From a virus (lineage: Duplodnaviria; Caudoviricetes), in IMG/VR virus record IMGVR_UViG_3300043756_000005, positions 1 through 24,969 of that record: a stretch of DNA of 24,969 nucleotides. The stretch is one strand, 5' to 3'. The notes beneath the pieces were generated by a model. That model was not told the DNA's origin. It saw only the letters and a list, made by a program, of their open reading frames with translations, and did not search any database. Below are positions 1 through 5,413 of this stretch, one piece after another (within the stretch, counting starts at the first letter, position 1; every line of letters begins with the position of its first letter). The position numbers and the translations under genes were made by a program.

Positions 1-45
1 CCGGCGACTGGCCGGCCGAATCTGAGGACGAGTGTCTTTGGTTGA
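1..45 (+). CDS. Possible 3' end of an upstream gene (…PATGRPNLRTSVFG*), truncated by the window edge
   Basis: Frame 1 is open from base 1 to TGA at 43-45, directly followed by a terminator-like hairpin; only 14 codons visible. Confidence 0.3.
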   Translation, partial: PATGRPNLRTSVFG

Positions 46-74
46 GGGCCGCTATTGGAGTTAGCGGCCCTTTT
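45..74 (+). terminator. Intrinsic terminator-like hairpin
   Basis: Stem AGGGCCGCTA (45-54) / TAGCGGCCCT (62-71), loop TTGGAGT, followed by TTT. Confidence 0.7.
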
Positions 75-106
75 CCATGAACGCTCGCAAATGGGGAGGT
101 ATGCAA

Positions 107-295
107 GTGGCAAGGAAGGTTGTCGAGACGCTGATGTGCGACGCATGCGACGCGAAGGGAATCGAGGTCAAGGCGACGGAAGAGCTGAGCTTGAAGGGTG
201 AGACCTTCGACCTCTGCGACGAGCACGCGAGCCGCTTTCTGGTGTTCCTGATGGACGCCATGAAGCCGAGCCAGAACATCGCCAAGAGCGCCTGA
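107..295 (+). CDS. Small Lsr2 dimerisation-domain-like protein with CxxC…CxxH (62 aa), no C-terminal DNA-binding domain
   Basis: GGAGG at 95-99 lies 7 nt before GTG at 107. MARKVVETLMCDACD…LSLKGETFDLCDEHASRF resembles the Lsr2 N-terminus (MAxKVxxxLxDDxDG…LDGxTYEIDLxxxNAxKL). Confidence 0.6.
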   Translation: MARKVVETLMCDACDAKGIEVKATEELSLKGETFDLCDEHASRFLVFLMDAMKPSQNIAKSA

Positions 296-312
296 GAAAA
301 GGGGATAGGGAA

Positions 313-1719
313 ATGCGCAGTTTCAAGGACATGACTTACGGCCCGCTCGGGAAGGCCGTGACGGACGCGATGCCTGCGAGCGAGGCGGACCCCATCGGGG
401 TGTGGGCCGCAGCGCTGTCGCTGTACTCGTCGGCGATCAGCCGATCCGTCTCGCTGGAGAACAAGCGCCCGGTGGTGGTCTGGACGGTCCTGGCGGGCCG
501 TTCGGCCATCGGCCGCAAGGGATACGCCCTGGGCACGGCGAAGGGCATCCTGAACCCGTCCATCGGGGGCTTCCTCGACAACCGCATTCGGGACGGCATC
601 AGCTCGGGTGCGTCGCTGGTGGACATGCTCTACAACATGGAGGCCGATACCGCTGGCACCGAGGGCGGGACGGACGGCCGGACGCTGATCATCGAAGAGG
701 AGTGGGCGAGCGTCCTGAAGGGCCAGAAGCGGGACCGGAACTTCTCCACGCTCTTCCGGACGGCATGGGACGGCAAGACGATCTCGAACCGGACGAAGAA
801 GGACGGGTACCAGACGGTCATGCGTCCGCTGCTCGGCTTCCACGCGCACATCACGCCTGGTGAGTGGGGCAAGTACGTGAGCGCCAGCGAGGCCCTGGGC
901 GGCTCGTACAACCGAATCCTCCCGGTCCTGGTCGAGCGCTCCAAGATGCTCTCGTACAACCACGAGGCCACGTTCAAGGAAGACAAGGTGATCACGGACG
1001 CCTACCGGTGGGCCGTGCAGGAGAAGCGCATGATGCGCTTCAGCAAGGCGGCCGGGAATCGGTTCGATGCCCTGCGGGCGGAGATCGAGGACCGGATGGC
1101 TGACATGCCGGACAACCTCTCCAGCTACATGGAGCGAGCGTCCGAGCAGGTTCACCGGGTGTCCGCGGTGCTGGCTGCGAGCGAGAAGAAGACCGAGATC
1201 AGCAAGGCTGCCGTCGAGGCGGCCTGGGCCTTCGTCTCCTACTCGATGTACTCCGTCGAGAAGCTGGTTCGGGAGGCGAGTAGCGATGGCTCTCCGAGGG
1301 GCACGAAGAGCGTCCCTGAGCTGATTCGGGAGATCCTGACCCGCTACGGCGGGGAGGCGTCGAGCACGGTCCTGCTCCGTGCGCTGGGCACGAAGGGCAG
1401 CGCGTCCGCCATCCGTGAGGCGGTCGCGGCGATGGGCGATATCGAGGTCTACAAGATGGACACGCCCGGTCGTGGAGCGAAGCCGGTGATGTACCGGCTG
1501 ATCCCGGAGGGTGCGGCTGTGGCGGATGACACGCCGCCTGCGGCGGTGCCCGATAGGGCAGCAAAGGTTGATGTGCGGCAGACTGAGGCGAAGCCTCGTC
1601 GCCTCACGGTGATCAGGTCCGAGGGAACGAAGGTGAAGCGCGCAGTGAGGACGAAGCCGAAGCAGGAGCCGGCCACTGTCCCGGCCGGTGACCCCAACCC
1701 GTTTAAGGCACTGCTGTGA
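313..1719 (+). CDS. DUF3987/YfjI-like P-loop protein with a C-terminal winged-helix-like region (468 aa)
   Basis: Motifs ADPIGV, LAGRSAIGRKG (Walker A-like), SSGASL, LIIEEE (Walker B-like), RTAWDG, HITPGE, GGSYNRIL; purine-rich RBS region upstream; low-complexity C-tail. Confidence 0.7.
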   Translation: MRSFKDMTYGPLGKAVTDAMPASEADPIGVWAAALSLYSSAISRSVSLENKRPVVVWTVLAGRSAIGRKGYALGTAKGILNPSIGGFLDNRIRDGISSGASLVDMLYNMEADTAGTEGGTDGRTLIIEEEWASVLKGQKRDRNFSTLFRTAWDGKTISNRTKKDGYQTVMRPLLGFHAHITPGEWGKYVSASEALGGSYNRILPVLVERSKMLSYNHEATFKEDKVITDAYRWAVQEKRMMRFSKAAGNRFDALRAEIEDRMADMPDNLSSYMERASEQVHRVSAVLAASEKKTEISKAAVEAAWAFVSYSMYSVEKLVREASSDGSPRGTKSVPELIREILTRYGGEASSTVLLRALGTKGSASAIREAVAAMGDIEVYKMDTPGRGAKPVMYRLIPEGAAVADDTPPAAVPDRAAKVDVRQTEAKPRRLTVIRSEGTKVKRAVRTKPKQEPATVPAGDPNPFKALL

Positions 1720-1910
1720 GCGAGATCGCCAAGGGGAAGTTCCTGCGGTCGCTGGACGACGAGTCCGAGGCGTGGGCTGAGGCTCACGCTCAGGCCGCGC
1801 AGCTCCGCAGGTTGGGTATGACGGACCGCTTCGGAATGCGAGTCCGCCCGGTATTCGTCCAGCACAAATGGCGCTATTGGGTCGAGGTCGTAGACCGCAA
1901 GGCGTCGTAA
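1716..1910 (+). CDS. Hypothetical protein (64 aa)
   Basis: GTGA start/stop overlap with the upstream gene; protein-like composition; ends just before a hairpin. Confidence 0.7.
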   Translation: MSEIAKGKFLRSLDDESEAWAEAHAQAAQLRRLGMTDRFGMRVRPVFVQHKWRYWVEVVDRKAS

Positions 1911-1933
1911 CACAACAGCAGAGATCACCTTTC

Positions 1934-1960
1934 AGGCCACCTCGTCAGGGGTGGCCTTTT
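1934..1960 (+). terminator. Intrinsic terminator-like hairpin
   Basis: AGGCCACCTC-GTCA-GGGGTGGCCT (one G-U pair) followed by TTT. Confidence 0.7.
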
Positions 1961-1982
1961 CCATGCCCTCGAAGGGATCGAA

Positions 1983-3113
1983 ATGAGCACCGTCACCATC
2001 CTGCTTCCCGCCCAGATGCGTAAGCACGTCGAGCGGAACGTCACCGGCGAGACGAAGGGTCAGCGCGAGCTGATCGCCGCCTGCAAGGCCCTGAACCTGG
2101 GCAAGTCGAACAACTCCTGTGACATCGAGCTGACCCAACCGGCGCTCGGGGCCGTGCTGGACCTGGCCCGCGCCTGGCGCAACAGCAGCAACGGGAACGA
2201 GCTGTCGGCCGGTGCCTCGATCCTGAAGCGCGGAGAGCTGCTGTACCGGCCCGAGGACCCGCGCGAGATCCGGCACGAGGTCAAGATGCCTCGCAGCCTC
2301 TCGCAGTACCTCACGAACGATGTGGCCTGGCTCAAGCGGAACAAGAACGCCCCCGAGTCCTTGCTGTCCGATCTGCTCGGGATGAGCTGGACCAGCACGG
2401 GCGCTACGGGCCGCATTCGGAACGAGGCCCTGGGGTGGATGCTGGTGAAGTGCCAGGCGCTCACCGACCACGACCACAGCGCGGTGCAGCGCAGTTCAAA
2501 GAAGTTCATCGACACCTACCGGGAGCTGTTCGAGAAGACGCAGCGGCTCACGAACGGTTACCTGGGCACGGACGACGACGAGGACCAGGAGCAAGAGGAG
2601 CCCGCGGCCGTCGAGGTCGAGCAGGAGGAGTCCGACGAGGACCAGGCCCCCGAGGTCACGCTCACGAAGATGCGCCTGTCCCACCTGATCGTCTGGGAAG
2701 ACCGGGACTTCTACTTCTGGTACGGCGGTACGGCCAAGGGCAAGGCCCAGCCGCAGACGCCCATGCTGGTCTCGATCAACTGGCACGAGTCGAAGAACGG
2801 CACCAACTTCATCCGCTCGGCCGAGACGCGAGAGATCGTGGCCGAGGCACACAGCATGTCGAACGTCTGGGCAGCGCACGCCCGCGAGGAGAACAAGGCC
2901 CGACACGAGGCCGCGCAGGCGGCCCAGGTCGAGGAGCCGGTTGCCGTCGAGGAGACGGAGCCCGAGCCCGCTCCGGAGCCCACGCCGGCACTCAAGCCGA
3001 AGGGCCGTCCGGTCCCGCAAAACTGGCTGGACATGTGCGAAGAGGCGGACACGGAATCCGCCCGCGCTTGGTGGCGCGGTTACTGCGACCGTTACCGCCG
3101 AGGTGAGGTGTGA
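1983..3113 (+). CDS. Hypothetical multi-module protein with acidic and Pro/Glu linkers (376 aa)
   Basis: GAAGGGA upstream of ATG; strong GC3 codon bias; no family recognised. Confidence 0.8.
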   Translation: MSTVTILLPAQMRKHVERNVTGETKGQRELIAACKALNLGKSNNSCDIELTQPALGAVLDLARAWRNSSNGNELSAGASILKRGELLYRPEDPREIRHEVKMPRSLSQYLTNDVAWLKRNKNAPESLLSDLLGMSWTSTGATGRIRNEALGWMLVKCQALTDHDHSAVQRSSKKFIDTYRELFEKTQRLTNGYLGTDDDEDQEQEEPAAVEVEQEESDEDQAPEVTLTKMRLSHLIVWEDRDFYFWYGGTAKGKAQPQTPMLVSINWHESKNGTNFIRSAETREIVAEAHSMSNVWAAHAREENKARHEAAQAAQVEEPVAVEETEPEPAPEPTPALKPKGRPVPQNWLDMCEEADTESARAWWRGYCDRYRRGEV

Positions 3114-3134
3114 GCCCCAACGCAATGCCGAGGA

Positions 3135-3164
3135 ACCGCCCTGCACGATTTGTGCAGGGGCGGT
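3135..3164 (+). terminator. Stem-loop after the 376-aa gene
   Basis: ACCGCCCTGCAC / GTGCAGGGGCGGT (one bulge), no clear U-tract. Confidence 0.5.
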
Positions 3165-3224
3165 ACTCAAAAGTGGTGAGAAAGTGGCAGAATCTCAGCA
3201 GCGATGAAAGCTGGGAGGAGATAG

Positions 3225-3464
3225 ATGGAGCAGAGCAAGATTCTACTGCGGCCGTGCAACATCTGGCCTAAGAAGAAGCTCACGTTCTTTCAGGGGATGT
3301 TTTACTGCCTTCAGTGCGGGGACTCGTTCATGTACCTGAGCTGGGACGGTGAAATGATGTGGCACGACACGCCCATATCCGATCCGGGCCGGACGGTGGC
3401 CGAACGGCACACCGAATTCACGGGCTGGAGACTGAACGAGGCTGGCGAGAAAGTAGAGCTGTAG
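3225..3464 (+). CDS. Hypothetical protein with a CxxC motif (79 aa)
   Basis: Strong GGGAGGAG RBS; FYCLQCGDSF; lower GC than neighbours. Confidence 0.65.
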   Translation: MEQSKILLRPCNIWPKKKLTFFQGMFYCLQCGDSFMYLSWDGEMMWHDTPISDPGRTVAERHTEFTGWRLNEAGEKVEL

Positions 3465-3468
3465 ACGA

Positions 3469-3505
3469 CGGAAGCCCTGCCGCTTGGAGTACGGCAGGGC
3501 TTCCG
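3469..3505 (+). terminator. Perfect 14-bp stem-loop
   Basis: CGGAAGCCCTGCCG-CTTGGAGTA-CGGCAGGGCTTCCG, starting 5 nt after the stop codon. Confidence 0.7.
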
Positions 3506-3563
3506 CTGATTAGAGTACAGGACCGTAAGATGCTGCCGCTGGCAGCACGAAGAGGGGGCATGC

Positions 3564-3776
3564 ATGGCTCGCGTCATCCACACGACCGGGTATCTCACGA
3601 ACGAGCAGATCACCAGCCTGTATGAGCTGGCCGAGAAGATGGATGTGGGTCTTCAGCTCTGGCAGGACACGCCTGCCCCTGATCGCTCATCCTTCCAATG
3701 GGCGGTGACGGGCAGCTACTTGAAGGTTCGCCGATTCATGCCGCACCTGAAGGCACTGGGTGAGCCGAAATCCTGA
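3564..3776 (+). CDS. Hypothetical protein (70 aa)
   Basis: AGAGGGGG RBS-like sequence; protein-like composition; fills the space between two hairpins. Confidence 0.7.
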   Translation: MARVIHTTGYLTNEQITSLYELAEKMDVGLQLWQDTPAPDRSSFQWAVTGSYLKVRRFMPHLKALGEPKS

Positions 3777-3797
3777 GCCCTGAGCCCTGAAACGACG

Positions 3798-3830
3798 AAA
3801 GGCCCCCAGCCCGAAGGCTGGGGGCTTCTC
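3798..3830. terminator. Bidirectional terminator at the convergence of the plus block and the late operon
   Basis: Stem GCCCCCAGCC (3802-3811) / GGCTGGGGGC (3816-3825); the loop reads C(UUCG)G on the minus strand followed by CTTTCGTCGTTT. Confidence 0.8.
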
Positions 3831-3860
3831 TCATCTCTCACACCGAGTGGACCCCTCCAC

Positions 3861-4208
3861 TCAGAGCTTGGCCTGCCCAATCACGCCAGCGGCCGGGACA
3901 GTGGCCGGCACGGCGGGGGCGGGCTGGACGTTGACCGGCTCGGCCGGAACGGTGGTGTCAACCTCGGTGCCAGTCTGGACCTTCTCCAGCTGACCGAGGG
4001 CGTACTGAGCTGCCTCGGCGATGGCCCAGGCGCTCGCGGTCTTGGCGTCCTGCTTCCGCTGAGTCACCTCACCGATGCCGAGGAAACCGGCACCAGCGCC
4101 AATCAGTGCCTCCCACGGGACACCAGGGAAGCGGTGCAGCAGGATCGGGGTGACGGCGGCCAGGAGGCCGACGAGACGGACGGAGTGCTTGGCCAGGAAA
4201 TTCTTCAT
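3861..4208 (-). CDS. Putative holin (115 aa)
   Basis: Directly downstream of the endolysin; two N-terminal hydrophobic segments; AGGAG RBS. Confidence 0.65.
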   Translation of the reverse strand: MKNFLAKHSVRLVGLLAAVTPILLHRFPGVPWEALIGAGAGFLGIGEVTQRKQDAKTASAWAIAEAAQYALGQLEKVQTGTEVDTTVPAEPVNVQPAPAVPATVPAAGVIGQAKL

Positions 4209-4232
4209 TCATTCGCTCCTAGTGAGAGGGGG

Positions 4233-5069
4233 TCAGCGGCAAGCGGTGGGAGAGGCAACCGGCTTGCGCGTCTCGGTCGGGGTGGCCGACTTCGAGGGAA
4301 CCGGCAGCGGCTTGGCCGAAGTCGGGGCAGCCGGAACGGTGATGGTCTCGCCGGGGTAGATCACGTTCGGGTTCTTGATCGCCGGGTTAGCGGTCAGCAG
4401 GGCAGCCAGGGAGATACCGGCAGCCACAGCGATCGAGGTCAGGGTCATGCCGCTCTTCACGATCACGGTCTTGACCTTGCTCGGAGCCGGGGCCGGCACG
4501 GGCTTCGGCGGGGTCACGGGAGCCGGGAGAACCGGGCCGTTTGCAGTCGCCTCGTAGTGGAAGCCGCTGCGACCGTTCAGGGACGGGTCCGCGGTGGTGA
4601 CTCCCTCGGGGAACTCGGGCATGCCGTAGCCGAAGGTGTTCACGTCGCGCCGGGCGCGCTTCTTCAGGTAGACGCCGTTACCCTCGGCGCTGCCGTTGTC
4701 GTTCGTGTTGCCCTCGACGGTGTAGATGTAGGTCCCGTCATAGGCGTAGACGACGCCAGTGTGAGCCGAGCCGTTCGGACCGTAGAAGACCTGAGCACCG
4801 ATGGCCGGGTACTCGCTGAAGCGGCCACGCTGCTTGAACCAGTCGAGCGCGGTCGAGCAGGACGCAGTACGCGGGAAGAGAGCCGCGTTGCCCGACTTCA
4901 GCGCGCCCCAGGAGACGAAGACTGCACACCACGGCTGGTAGTTGGCCCACTCAAGGCCGGGCACCTGCGCGGCGTACTTCTCGTCATTGTCCCAGTGGCC
5001 ATTTGCGTAGCCCTCGCGGTAGCCGTTCTCTGCCTTGAGAACGTCGATGATTGCCTTAGCACCACTCAT
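4233..5069 (-). CDS. Endolysin, CHAP domain plus LysM (278 aa)
   Basis: QPWCAVFVSW, AHTGVV and TVEGNT give the CHAP Cys/His/Glu motifs; VIVKSGMTLTSIA…NPAIKNPNVIYPGETITVP is a LysM domain. Confidence 0.92.
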   Translation of the reverse strand: MSGAKAIIDVLKAENGYREGYANGHWDNDEKYAAQVPGLEWANYQPWCAVFVSWGALKSGNAALFPRTASCSTALDWFKQRGRFSEYPAIGAQVFYGPNGSAHTGVVYAYDGTYIYTVEGNTNDNGSAEGNGVYLKKRARRDVNTFGYGMPEFPEGVTTADPSLNGRSGFHYEATANGPVLPAPVTPPKPVPAPAPSKVKTVIVKSGMTLTSIAVAAGISLAALLTANPAIKNPNVIYPGETITVPAAPTSAKPLPVPSKSATPTETRKPVASPTACR

Positions 5070-5094
5070 GTGTGATCCCCCTTCAGGGCATAGG

Positions 5095-5123
5095 AAAGGG
5101 GGCCGAGAGATTTCCCGGCCCCC
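5095..5123 (-). terminator. Terminator-like hairpin upstream of the endolysin
   Basis: Minus strand GGGGGCCGGGA-AATC-TCTCGGCCCCC followed by TTTCCT. Confidence 0.6.
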
Positions 5124-5138
5124 ATCAAGTTCGAGATG

Positions 5139-5402
5139 TCAGATGCGGAGAGCAGCGATCCTTGCGGGATCGAGAGCGGTCAGCAGCTCAATGAGCCGCT
5201 GGTTCTCCGCCTCGATTCGGCTCAGCCGCTCCTTAATTTCGCTCATGTCCGTCTGAAGGCGGTCAGCACGAGACTTCTGGGCCTCTGCCTCCTCGCGCCA
5301 GACCTTTGCGGACTGCGCGTGGAACGAGACCTTGATAACCGCCCCGAGGGTGGCGAGACCAGCCACTATGCCGACGTAGGTATAGAGCTGCGAAAGCTGC
5401 AT
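5139..5402 (-). CDS. Membrane-anchored coiled-coil protein of the lysis region (87 aa)
   Basis: N-terminal hydrophobic helix YVGIVAGLATLGAVIKV then heptad-like charged region; sits between tail spike and endolysin. Confidence 0.75.
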   Translation of the reverse strand: MQLSQLYTYVGIVAGLATLGAVIKVSFHAQSAKVWREEAEAQKSRADRLQTDMSEIKERLSRIEAENQRLIELLTALDPARIAALRI

Positions 5403-5413
5403 AGTCCCCCCAA

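Noticed and set aside
77-106. ORF-track start at 77 (and ATG 101) for the Lsr2-like gene
   Set aside because: SD spacing and the MAxKV N-terminus favour GTG at 107
61-1155. 364-aa minus-strand ORF and other minus ORFs over 1-3600
   Set aside because: Opposite plus-strand genes that have RBSs and family motifs
1462-1485. PGRGAKP in the DUF3987 protein as the missing Lsr2 AT-hook supplied in trans
   Set aside because: Fits the wing of a winged helix better and lacks the Lsr2 C-terminal context (IRxWA…RGR)
3772-3790. Short tandem repeat CCTGAGC, about 2.7 copies
   Set aside because: Too short to interpret; probably slippage at a gene end; no spacers, so not CRISPR
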